Assembly: GCA_963632705.1 (NCBI GenBank)
Contig: CAVGVB010000006.1
Span: 13,783-77,782 of the forward strand
DNA from: a bacterium
Lineage (GTDB): Bacteria > Bacillota > Clostridia > Oscillospirales > Oscillospiraceae
DNA length: 64,000 bases
Direction of reading: 5' to 3'
Every line of letters starts with the position of its first letter. Position 1 is the stretch's first letter. Shown one piece after another: positions 1 to 8,159 of the stretch. The translations under genes and the position numbers were made by a program. The notes under the pieces are model-generated. The model was not told the DNA's origin and ran no database searches. It saw only the letters and a program-made list of their open reading frames with translations.

Positions 1-695
1 ATGCCCTCCCGGCCCTGCCAGTGGCCGCAGGAGGTCATGAGGAAGCAGAAGCACAGCAGCGTCAGCACCGCGAAGAGCGCGGTGAGGAAGATGGTCAGGC
101 CGGTGTGCTCCAGCAGCCACGAGCAGAACAGGTAGGAATAGCTGGGGGCTTGACCGCTTTTCTCCAGCAGGGTGGCGGAGATGGCGATGGGGTCATTCAC
201 CGGATATCCCTCGCCGTCCACCAGGTGATAGGTATAGGTGCTCTGTGTGGTGTAAAGGAGCTTTTCGCCGCCTGTCAGATCGAAGTTGGAGAACCACACC
301 TCGCCGCTGTCGGGGGCAAAGACGTTCAGCTGGCAGGCGGAGGACTCCTGGGGGAACTCCTCGGCGAACAGCCGGGGAAGATCGTCCAGCAGCTGCTGGG
401 CGGTCTCCGGGTCGTAGGCGGCGGTGGTGGTATCCGCGTCTGAGTAGTAATACGACCGGTCCATCAGCCCTACGCTGTCCAGCTGGCCGCAGATAAAGCT
501 GTTGGCCGCGTTGATGGCGCTGTAGCACTGCTCCTGATACAATCCCTGGCGGAGAGAGTCACCCTTGTCCAGAAATACATCATTGTAGGCCAGTATGGCG
601 ACGCCCAGACCGCCCAGGATGGTGGCCAGGCCGAAGAGCAGCGTCAGGAAGAAGGCGGCCAGCTTGGCCCAGGTCGTGTTCAGCCATGCTTTCAT
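1..695 (-). CDS. membrane protein, probable sensor histidine kinase (N-terminal part only; gene continues past position 1)
   Basis: Absent from the ORF track because it runs off the window edge. The minus-strand ATG at 695-693 overlaps the TGA of the upstream response regulator (ATGA). My translation MKAWLNTTWAKLAAFFLTLLFGLATILGGLGVAILAYN... shows an N-terminal TM helix, a soluble stretch of about 180 aa and a second TM helix at the edge. Kinase identity rests only on operon context. Confidence 0.55.
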   Translation of the reverse strand, partial: MKAWLNTTWAKLAAFFLTLLFGLATILGGLGVAILAYNDVFLDKGDSLRQGLYQEQCYSAINAANSFICGQLDSVGLMDRSYYYSDADTTTAAYDPETAQQLLDDLPRLFAEEFPQESSACQLNVFAPDSGEVWFSNFDLTGGEKLLYTTQSTYTYHLVDGEGYPVNDPIAISATLLEKSGQAPSYSYLFCSWLLEHTGLTIFLTALFAVLTLLCFCFLMTSCGHWQGREG

Positions 696-1387
696 GTCAG
701 TTTGCCCTCCATTTTATAGCCCTTGCCCCACACGACCTTGATATACCGGGGGTCGGAGGGGTCGATCTCCAGCTTTTCCCGCAGGTGTCGGATATGCACG
801 GCGATAGCGCCGGAGGCGTTGAGGGGCATATCGTCCCACACCCGGCGGTAGATCTCGCTGGGGGAGAACACCGTGCCGGCGTTCTGCATGAGAAAGCGGA
901 GAATGTCGTATTCCTTCGGGGTCAGGGACACCGTGTCGCCGTCCACGGTGACGATCTTGGCATTGTCGTCCAGACAGATGCCGCCGATGACCAGGGTGGA
1001 GGGCTGCACCTGGCCACCGCCCAGCTGCAGATACCGCCGCAACTGGGAGCGCACCCGGGCCAGCATCTCCACCGGGTTGAAGGGCTTGGTGATATAGTCA
1101 TCCGCGCCCACGTTCAGACCCAGCACCTTGTCGGTGTCCTCGCCCTTGGCCGTCAGCAGTATGACGGGGACGTTGCTGGTCTGGCGCAGCTGGGCCATGG
1201 CGGTAAGCCCGTCCATCACGGGCATCATGATGTCCATGAGGATCAGGTGCACGTCCTCCCGGGCGGCCACGGACAGGGCTTCCCGGCCGTTGTAGGCGGT
1301 GAGGACGCGGTAGCCCTCGGCCTTGAGGTAGATCTCCAGCGCGGAAACAATATCTTTTTCGTCATCGACGACAAGAATGGTATACAT
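692..1387 (-). CDS. OmpR-family two-component response regulator
   Basis: 231 aa. Receiver domain MYTILVVDDEKDIV...LILMDIMMPVMDG followed by a winged-helix output (LTPKEYDILRFLMQN...VHIRHLREKLE...IKVVWGKGYK). Confidence 0.95.
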   Translation of the reverse strand: MYTILVVDDEKDIVSALEIYLKAEGYRVLTAYNGREALSVAAREDVHLILMDIMMPVMDGLTAMAQLRQTSNVPVILLTAKGEDTDKVLGLNVGADDYITKPFNPVEMLARVRSQLRRYLQLGGGQVQPSTLVIGGICLDDNAKIVTVDGDTVSLTPKEYDILRFLMQNAGTVFSPSEIYRRVWDDMPLNASGAIAVHIRHLREKLEIDPSDPRYIKVVWGKGYKMEGKLT

Positions 1388-1455
1388 GATGGCCTCCTGT
1401 GTTTGAGGATATATTCAACAATATCATACCCCTTTTGTTCATACAGGGCAAGCCC

Positions 1456-2712
1456 TCAGTTTTTCAGCACGGCCGTGGGAACGGCGCTCAGGCGGACGGA
1501 GTGGTGGATGGGCGTCCACTCCACCTTCATGAACAGCGCCGCCAAAGAGATGGGCAGGTACGTCAGCATGAACAGCGGGAAGGTGAGGGTATAGACCAGC
1601 TTCTGCGCGGTGGTGGCGTGGATGCGGCGCCACTCGGTGGCGGTGGTGATGCCGCCCAGCACCAGCAGCGTGGCCAGAATACTGCCCAGACACTCCAGCA
1701 GGGAGCGGAGGGCGAACCACACGCCTGCGCCCTGCATCAGCCCCAGCACCGTCAGCGTGATGTTGGCCAGCAGGCACAGGGACGTGAGGATAAAGGCCGG
1801 CAGGATGGACATGGACATATCAAAGCAGCTCCAGCTGCCCTTTGCCGCGCCCCGGAGGAGCTGGCCGCCGTAGCGCAGGAACACCTGCACGTAGCCCTTG
1901 GCCCAGCGCAGACGCTGGCGGCAGGACTGGCGGAAGTCGGTGGGCTGCTCGTCGTAGAGCACGGCGCTTTCGCAGATGGCGATCTTCTCACCCCGGAGGA
2001 TGTGGTACACGGAGAACTCGATGTCCTCGGTGAGCAGGTAGAAGCGCCAGCCGTGGCTCTCGTCCAGAATGCGCTGGGAGAACAGGAAGCCCGTCCCGCC
2101 CACGGCGGCGCTGCTGCCCAGCCGGGTGCGTGCGCCGTTGAGATAGCGGCTCTCCCGCAGAAACCACAGGGCGTATCCGGCGCTGATCCAGTTGCCGCCG
2201 AAGTTTTTGCTGTTGCGGTAGCTGGTGACGATCTCGTGGCCGTTGGAGAACATCTCGTTCATCCGCTCTATGTAGTCCGGGGCGAGGACGTTGTCCGCGT
2301 CGAACACAAAGTAGCCGTCAAAGCCCGCCGGGTAGTCCGCGCCGATATGCTGGAGCAGGAAGTCCAGGGCGTAGCCCTTGCCCACGTTCAGCTGGTTGAA
2401 CCGCTCATACACCACCGCGCCGTGACTGCGGGCGATGGCGGCGGTGCTGTCGGTGCAGTTGTCCGCCGCTACGAACACCGTCACCAGGGACATATCGTAG
2501 GTCTGCGCCCGCAGACTGTCCAGCAGGCCGGAGATGACGTTTTCCTCGTTTCGGGCGGCGATGAGCACCGCGTAGCGGTGCGCCCTGGCCGGAACGGCCA
2601 GAGGCTTGGGCTTTTTGGCCAGCACCAGGGGGATGTAGAGGAACTGGTAGGTGTAGCAGATGAAAAACAGCGCCGAGATAACGGCGTTGATGGTACGCAG
2701 CGTGGTCTCCAT
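1456..2712 (-). CDS. membrane-bound family 2 glycosyltransferase (processive, D,D,D,QxxRW type)
   Basis: 418 aa. N-terminal TM helix, then AVLIAARNEENVI...SLRAQTYD, a DxD-like VFDADN motif, QRLRWAKG (QxxRW), and several C-terminal TM helices. Confidence 0.85.
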   Translation of the reverse strand: METTLRTINAVISALFFICYTYQFLYIPLVLAKKPKPLAVPARAHRYAVLIAARNEENVISGLLDSLRAQTYDMSLVTVFVAADNCTDSTAAIARSHGAVVYERFNQLNVGKGYALDFLLQHIGADYPAGFDGYFVFDADNVLAPDYIERMNEMFSNGHEIVTSYRNSKNFGGNWISAGYALWFLRESRYLNGARTRLGSSAAVGGTGFLFSQRILDESHGWRFYLLTEDIEFSVYHILRGEKIAICESAVLYDEQPTDFRQSCRQRLRWAKGYVQVFLRYGGQLLRGAAKGSWSCFDMSMSILPAFILTSLCLLANITLTVLGLMQGAGVWFALRSLLECLGSILATLLVLGGITTATEWRRIHATTAQKLVYTLTFPLFMLTYLPISLAALFMKVEWTPIHHSVRLSAVPTAVLKN

Positions 2713-2748
2713 AGAGGCACATCCTTTCGTTTCTTTCTGCCTCTATGG
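2709..2748 (-). promoter_or_regulatory. hairpin sequestering the GT2 start codon
   Basis: Perfect 11-bp inverted repeat, ccatagaggca (2709-2719) with tgcctctatgg (2738-2748). In the mRNA the AUG (2712-2710) lies in the 3' arm and the purine-rich RBS (gaaaggaug) lies in the loop. Confidence 0.35.
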
Positions 2749-2759
2749 TAGTAAAAGCG

Positions 2760-2793
2760 GGATTAAGAAACAAGCAGGGGGCGGATTAAGAAA
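2760..2793 (-). promoter_or_regulatory. direct-repeat pair, candidate OmpR-type regulator binding site
   Basis: ggattaagaaa occurs at 2760-2770 and again at 2783-2793 (23-bp spacing), upstream of the GT2/regulator/sensor gene string. Confidence 0.35.
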
Positions 2794-2820
2794 TGTTTAA
2801 GACCGTGTGGCGCGGGAAAA

Positions 2821-2900
2821 GAGAAGCGTCCGGGGGATGAGCTCCGAATGCTTCTCTTTTTGATTAGAAGGCGGCGTCGAACGCCGACGCCGCCTTTTAT
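2821..2900. terminator. two GC-rich hairpins with flanking T/A runs (bidirectional terminator region)
   Basis: gagaagc...gcttctc followed by ttttt (2821-2860), and ggcggcgtcgaacgccgacgccgcc followed by ttttat (2870-2900). Both lie directly downstream of the 2914-3213 gene. Confidence 0.6.
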
Positions 2901-2913
2901 GCAGTCAGGGTAT

Positions 2914-3213
2914 TTATTTCAATCTGGGGAGCGGGAAACGGATGGCATTGCTGACGTTTTCGGCCCATTCGATCAGCGTGTTCACGCCGTCACGGGTGAT
3001 CTCCGCGTCCTCCTCCAGCTTATCCAGCCGGGCGTCCATGCTGTTCAGCCGGGCGCGCACACCGACAAGCTGGGCGTCTATGCCGTCAAACCGGGCATCC
3101 ATGCCATCCAGCCGGGCGTCCATGCTGTCCAGCCGGGTATTGATCTTGCGGAACTCCGCCTGCTGGGCTTCCAGTAATTTCAAAATTCTCTCTTCGTTGG
3201 TCATCCTCATCAC
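2914..3213 (-). CDS. small coiled-coil protein with 7-residue MDARLDG-type repeats
   Basis: 99 aa containing RLDSMDARLDGMDARFDGIDAQLVGVRARLNSMDARLDKLEE. The most likely start is the ATG at 3204 or 3210, behind GAGGTG. A TATAAT lies just upstream. Confidence 0.6.
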   Translation of the reverse strand: MMRMTNEERILKLLEAQQAEFRKINTRLDSMDARLDGMDARFDGIDAQLVGVRARLNSMDARLDKLEEDAEITRDGVNTLIEWAENVSNAIRFPLPRLK

Positions 3214-3331
3214 CTCACGTGCCTGTATTATACGATGCCGTTACTCGGTTGTCAAGGCCGCTCCGCGCCGCGGCAGCCGAAAAAGCTGGAGGGGGCGGCG
3301 CGAAGCGCCGCCCCCACTTTGGGGATAAAGC

Positions 3332-6283
3332 TCAGTTGTAGAGATAGCCGTACTTGCCGCGGATGGTGACGATCAGCTTCTCCAGATCGGCGGGCAGGTC
3401 GTTCTTCCCGCCCAGATCGTAGTCCTTCGGCTCGCCGAAGGTGCGGACGCGGACCTTGCCGCCGTCCAGGAGCAGCACGCCGGCGTTGTGGCTGTCCGCC
3501 ATGTCCTCCGCCGTCTGGAACAGCGTGAACTTGTCGTGGCAGGGCTCGGAGGCGTAGGGGCAGAACTGGGTGCAGTTGCCGCACTCGTTGCACATCTTGT
3601 CCACGTGGACGATCTGGTGGCTGCCGTCGGCCATGCGGATGGCCACATTGGCCCGGTTGGGGCAGGAGTCCACGCAGTTCTCGCACACGGTGGCGCACTG
3701 CAGGCAGCGCTCGCCCTCGCAGCAGATGCACTGGCTCATGGCCAGAATACCCTTCTTGGCCTCGGCGTCTGCCTTGGTGACATAGGCCTGCTCCGGGATG
3801 TCGTAGGTGTGGGCTGCGCCGATAACGGCCTCGGCGAAGGCGGCGGCGTCGGCAATGCCCTCCACCACGGTGGCCGGGCCGCGCTTGGCGTCGCCGGCGG
3901 CGTACACGCCCTCCACGTTGGTCTGGAAGGCGGGACGGCCCTTCTTGTCCAGCTCGATGCCGTTGGCGGCCATGAGGGCGTCGTCCACCTGCTCACCCAC
4001 GGCGGAGATCACCAGGTCGCAGGGGATGGTGAAGAACTCACCGCTGCCCACGGGGCTGCGGCGGCCGGAGGCGTCCGCCTCGCCCAGCACCATCTTCTCG
4101 CACTTCAGCACACCGTCAGCCTGGGCCACGGGGGCGGCCAGCTCGGCGAAGGTCACGCCGTCGGCCAGGGCCAGCGCCAGCTCGTGCTCGTCGGCGGGCA
4201 TATACTTGCGGGTGCGGCGGTACACCAGTGTCACGTTCTCCGCGCCGCTGCGCTTGGCCAGACGGGCGGCGTCCATGGCGGTGTTGCCGCCGCCGATGAC
4301 GGCGATGTTGCCGGCCACGGCGATGTTGCCGGCCTTCACGCCCTTCATCCACTGAATCGCACCGGCCACATCACCGGCGATGTCCAGCTTGCCGGGCTTC
4401 CATGCGCCCACGGCCAGCAGAATGTGGGTGTAGCCCTGCTTTTTCAGCTCGTCCACGGAGGGAGCGGGCGCACCGCACTTGACCTCCACACCGTACTTCT
4501 CCATCAGGGCCACGTCCTTTTCAATGGCCTCGTTGGCGATGCGGAAGGAGGGGATCACGTGACGGGGCACGCCGCCCAGACAGTTCTCCCGCTCAAAGAT
4601 GGTGGTCTCGATACCGGCGCGGCCGCAGAAGTAGGCAGCGGCAATGCCGGTAGGACCGCCGCCGATGATGGCGACCTTCTTGCCGGACACCTTGGCGGGG
4701 GTCTTGATGGAGGCCATCAGGGTGTTGTAGCCCTTCTTGGCGGCCAGCAGCTTGGTGTCGCGGATATGGACGGACTCGTCATAGAAGTTGCGGCTGCACT
4801 TGGTCTGACAGCGGTGGGCGCAGATCGTGCCGGTGATGAACGGCAGGGGGTTCTTCTCGGTGATGAGCTTCAGCGCCGGGCCGTACAGACCCTTGTCGCA
4901 CAGCTCCATGTACTCGGGAATGTCCTGGGCGATGGGGCAGCCGCCCTTGCAGGGAGCGGTGAAGCAGTCGATCCAGGGCACGCTCTTCTCGCTCTTGCGG
5001 CTGGGCAGGGGCTTGATGGGCTTGACGTGGTGTACGTCGGTGTGGCTGGCGGTGCTCATGTCGCAGATGGCCTGGGTGTCCGTGCCGTCAAAGGGCTTGT
5101 AGGGCATATCCTCCACCTTCTCCACCATCTGGAGCAGGCGGTTGTAGCCACCGGGCTTGAGGATGGTGGTGGCCACGGTGATGGGCCAGATACCCGCCGC
5201 GAACAGCTTGTCGCAGTTGAAGAACTCCGCGCCGCCGGCGAAGGAGATACGCATCTTGCCCTTGAACTGGCGGGAAATACGGTGGCACATCTCGATGGTC
5301 AGCGGGAACAGGCTGCGGCCGGACATATACATCTCGTTGTTGGGCAGCTCGCCCCGGGTGGTGTCCACGGGGAAGGTGTTGCTCAGCTTCAGGCCGAATT
5401 CCAGGCCCTTGCTGTCCGCCAGCGCCTGGAGACGCTCAAACATGGGCACAGCGTCGGCCCACTGCAGGTCCTCCCGGAAGTGGTGGTCGTCGAACACGAT
5501 GTAGTCGTAGCCCATGCCGTCCAGAATGCGGCGGGCGGTCTCGTAGCCCAGAATGGTGGGGTTGCACTTGACGAAGGTGTGCAGGTGCTTCTCGGAGATC
5601 AGATAGCTGGCGATGCGCTCGATCTCATCCGGGGGACAGCCGTGGAGGGTGGACACGGTGACGCTGCGGCTGACGCGGGGGTCGATGGCGTCGATGTAGC
5701 CGCTCTCCTCCGGGAACAGCTCCTTCAGGACGGCCTTGCACTCGCCGAAGATGGCGGTCTTATTGGCGTCCATCATGCCGTCGATATAGGTGTTGACCTT
5801 CTCGCCCTTGATGCCCTCCAGGTCGTAGCCCACGGACATATTGAACACGAAACCGTCGGGATCGCCGAAGCCGTAGACCTTGCTCAGCACCTTCAGGGCG
5901 CACCACGCCTTGATGTACTCGTCCATGGCCTGGGGCACAGTCAGCTCAGTGGACCACTCCTGGTTGTAGCCCTCGTCGTTGGCCAGGATGCAGGGGCGGG
6001 GCACACAGGCCGCCAGGTCCGCGCCGTCCATCTTCTGCACGGTCTTCACCTCGAAGAACCGGGCGCCGGCCATGTAGGCGGCGATGATGTTCTGGGCCAG
6101 CTGGCTGTTAGGACCGGCGGCAGGGCCGAAGGGGGTCTCGATGCGCTCACCGAAGATGGGCAGGCTCTTGCCGGTGGCGTGGTAGGCCTTGCGGACGCCG
6201 AAGATCTCGCCGGAGGCAGCGTATTCCGCCACCACCCAGTTCATCAGGGACTTAAAGGGAATGGGATACATTTTTTCAGACAT
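3332..6283 (-). CDS. ygfK: YgfK-like Fe-S/FAD oxidoreductase (putative selenate reductase subunit family)
   Basis: 983 aa. DPD/DHODH-like N-terminal barrel, two dinucleotide-binding motifs (VAIIGGGPTGIAAAY, IAVIGGGNTAMDAAR) and C-terminal ferredoxin motifs (CLQCATVCENCVDSCP, CNECGNCTQFCP). It sits next to ssnA, as in E. coli. Confidence 0.8.
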   Translation of the reverse strand: MSEKMYPIPFKSLMNWVVAEYAASGEIFGVRKAYHATGKSLPIFGERIETPFGPAAGPNSQLAQNIIAAYMAGARFFEVKTVQKMDGADLAACVPRPCILANDEGYNQEWSTELTVPQAMDEYIKAWCALKVLSKVYGFGDPDGFVFNMSVGYDLEGIKGEKVNTYIDGMMDANKTAIFGECKAVLKELFPEESGYIDAIDPRVSRSVTVSTLHGCPPDEIERIASYLISEKHLHTFVKCNPTILGYETARRILDGMGYDYIVFDDHHFREDLQWADAVPMFERLQALADSKGLEFGLKLSNTFPVDTTRGELPNNEMYMSGRSLFPLTIEMCHRISRQFKGKMRISFAGGAEFFNCDKLFAAGIWPITVATTILKPGGYNRLLQMVEKVEDMPYKPFDGTDTQAICDMSTASHTDVHHVKPIKPLPSRKSEKSVPWIDCFTAPCKGGCPIAQDIPEYMELCDKGLYGPALKLITEKNPLPFITGTICAHRCQTKCSRNFYDESVHIRDTKLLAAKKGYNTLMASIKTPAKVSGKKVAIIGGGPTGIAAAYFCGRAGIETTIFERENCLGGVPRHVIPSFRIANEAIEKDVALMEKYGVEVKCGAPAPSVDELKKQGYTHILLAVGAWKPGKLDIAGDVAGAIQWMKGVKAGNIAVAGNIAVIGGGNTAMDAARLAKRSGAENVTLVYRRTRKYMPADEHELALALADGVTFAELAAPVAQADGVLKCEKMVLGEADASGRRSPVGSGEFFTIPCDLVISAVGEQVDDALMAANGIELDKKGRPAFQTNVEGVYAAGDAKRGPATVVEGIADAAAFAEAVIGAAHTYDIPEQAYVTKADAEAKKGILAMSQCICCEGERCLQCATVCENCVDSCPNRANVAIRMADGSHQIVHVDKMCNECGNCTQFCPYASEPCHDKFTLFQTAEDMADSHNAGVLLLDGGKVRVRTFGEPKDYDLGGKNDLPADLEKLIVTIRGKYGYLYN

Positions 6284-6310
6284 GGGTATTCCTCCTTGTC
6301 GAATTCTTAA

Positions 6311-7654
6311 TTAGTAGGTGCGGTGGTTCAGGTCGCCCCAGAGCTTCTTGGCGGCTTCGAGGATGTGGGCGTTCTCCGCCTCCTCGTCGATGTTCACCAG
6401 CACGCGGTCCTGCATCAGCACCTTGCCGGCGGCGATGGTGGTCTGGCACTGGCGGCCGGTCATGCCGAAGATCATGTGGCCGTCGATGTTCTCATCGGAG
6501 AACGGGGTGAACGGCTTGTAGTCCATGACGATGATGTCCGCCGCCGCACCGGCCTTCAGCACGCCCAGCTGGTCGGGGAAGTACCGCGCGCCGATCCTGG
6601 CATTGTTCTTGAACAGCATATCCGTGACCTCGCACCAGCCCACATTGGGCAGGCAGTTCTGGCTGCGCTGGGAGCAGAGGGCCACCTTGATGGACTCCAG
6701 CATATCGTTGGTGTAGGCGTCCGTGCCCATGCCCAGCAGGATGCCCCGCTTGTAGAGCTGCAGCACCGGGCAGATGCCGATGGCGTTGCCCATGTTGGAC
6801 TCGGGGTTGTTCACCACCATGGTGTTGGTCTCCTTGATGATCTCCATCTCCGCCGTGTTCACATGGATGCAGTGGCCCAGAATGGTCTTTTCACCCAGAA
6901 TGCCGTGATCCTGCAGCCGCTGCACCGGGCGGCGGCCGTAGTTCTGCAGGGAATCGTACACATCGTTCATGCCCTCGGACACATGGATGTGATAGCCGGT
7001 GCGGCCGTTGTTGGCCTCCACCATGCGGTCGAAGGTCTTGTCGCTGATGGTGAAGAGTGCATGACCCCCAAACATAGCCGCTAACATCGGGTCGCCTTGT
7101 TTCTGGCAGTAGCTGATGAAGTCGGCATTTTCTTTAATGGCCTGGAGGCATTTTTCCTCGCCGTCGCGGTCGGAGACCTCGTAGCACAGACAGGAGCGCA
7201 GACCCAGACGGCGGCTCTCCTCGCTGATGGTGAAAAGCGTGCCGGGGATCTCGCCGTAGCTGGCGTGATGGTCGAAAATTGTTGTAACACCTTGTTTAAT
7301 GCTGTCGATATACAGGGCCGTGGCGCTGGCGCGGGTGCCGTCCATCATCAGGTGGCGGTCGATGGCCCACCACGTTCCATCCAACACTTCATAAAAGTTG
7401 GTGGGGTTGTTGCCGACAATGCTCAGGCCGCGGGCCAGGGCGGAATAAATGTGGGTGTGGGCGTTGATAAAGGCGGGCATGATGACGCCGCCCTTGGCGT
7501 CGATGATGCTGGCATCGGCGTATTTGGCGCGCAGCGCCGCCTCCTCGCCGACCTCGACGATCTTCGTGCCCTCGTAGGCCACAGCGCCGTGTTCGTAGTA
7601 GCCTTTGCCCTCGCTGTCGCGGGTGATGAGCCGTCCGTTGGTGACCAGTGTCAT
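6311..7654 (-). CDS. ssnA: SsnA-like amidohydrolase (putative aminohydrolase)
   Basis: The ORF-track ORF extends to 7840, but the start with an RBS (GAGGAGGAAATACCT-ATG) is at 7654, giving MTLVTNGRLITRD... The protein carries an INAHTHIY metal-binding HxH motif. 447 aa. Confidence 0.8.
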   Translation of the reverse strand: MTLVTNGRLITRDSEGKGYYEHGAVAYEGTKIVEVGEEAALRAKYADASIIDAKGGVIMPAFINAHTHIYSALARGLSIVGNNPTNFYEVLDGTWWAIDRHLMMDGTRASATALYIDSIKQGVTTIFDHHASYGEIPGTLFTISEESRRLGLRSCLCYEVSDRDGEEKCLQAIKENADFISYCQKQGDPMLAAMFGGHALFTISDKTFDRMVEANNGRTGYHIHVSEGMNDVYDSLQNYGRRPVQRLQDHGILGEKTILGHCIHVNTAEMEIIKETNTMVVNNPESNMGNAIGICPVLQLYKRGILLGMGTDAYTNDMLESIKVALCSQRSQNCLPNVGWCEVTDMLFKNNARIGARYFPDQLGVLKAGAAADIIVMDYKPFTPFSDENIDGHMIFGMTGRQCQTTIAAGKVLMQDRVLVNIDEEAENAHILEAAKKLWGDLNHRTY

Positions 7655-7695
7655 AGGTATTTCCTCCTCTTTTTTGCATTTTTTCACGGGGCGGT

Positions 7696-7733
7696 AAACA
7701 AAAAGTGCTTCAAATCTCCCGGATTTGAAACAC
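7696..7733 (-). terminator. intrinsic terminator inside the ssnA-ygfK leader (attenuator)
   Basis: On the minus strand: GUGUUUCAAAUCC-GGGA-GAUUUGAAGCAC followed by UUUUUGUUU, about 40 nt before the RBS. Confidence 0.65.
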
Positions 7734-7811
7734 TCAAGCGCGCGCCGAGTGATAGTTGCAGCCCGTGCGCGAAGCACTTCCTTACAGCTACCAATCTTAG
7801 ATTGTAGGTCT

Positions 7812-7840
7812 ATTTTACAGGAAAGCGCACAAAAAATCAA
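7812..7840 (-). promoter_or_regulatory. sigma-A-type promoter for ssnA-ygfK
   Basis: On the minus strand: TTGATT (7840-7835), a 17-bp spacer, then TAAAAT (7817-7812). Confidence 0.55.
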
Positions 7841-7879
7841 CTATCCAAACGGATTTTTTTGCGCGGTTTGTTCTGACCG

Positions 7880-8000
7880 CTGCGACGAGTGGGGACGGGG
7901 GACGGATTCCCACGTCGCTTCGCTCCTCGGAATGACAGGGGGGGTATTCCTCGGAATGACAGGGGATCATTGTCGGGATGGCGGGGGATTATCGGAACAG
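7880..8000. repeat. cluster of REP/MITE-like modules (GTCATTCCGAGG...GGGAATCCGT family)
   Basis: Positions 7902-7938 are the exact reverse complement of 24933-24969. Degenerate partial copies follow (attcctcggaatgacagg, cattgtcgggatg). Confidence 0.8.
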
Positions 8001-8159
8001 GAAACCGTTTCGTTTGAGTATATCATACTTTGGTATGATTGACAAAAATTGGGATGATGGTAAAATGGAAATACTTAATAATAAACTGGGATGACTTTGT
8101 AAACAGGGTCGATTTTAACAGTAAAAAACTTGAAAGAAAATAGAAGGAGAGGAAGAAAG

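Noticed and set aside
3488-6310. 940-aa plus-strand ORF opposite ygfK. Similar antisense ORFs occur at 686-1594, 1399-2751, 6323-7084, 7097-7807, 30926-31993, 31828-32853, 32738-34378, 35535-36980, 36981-38000, 44136-45575, 45678-46568, 56839-58869 and 60519-61655.
   Set aside because: All lie opposite genes with clear family motifs and RBSs. Their products are low-complexity, and none has a credible start context.
7655-7840. Purine (guanine/adenine) riboswitch upstream of ssnA
   Set aside because: The leader lacks the conserved junction and loop sequences I recall for that class (for example UAUAAU...UAUGG...CCGUAAAU). It is kept only as an unclassified attenuator candidate.
7725-8042. 105-aa ORF (and the 24916-25152 ORF) containing ...SHVASLLGMTGG... 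/ ...CHSEERSDVGIRN...
   Set aside because: These are read-throughs of the REP/MITE-like modules. The same peptide-like strings arise wherever the repeat occurs, and there is no RBS.
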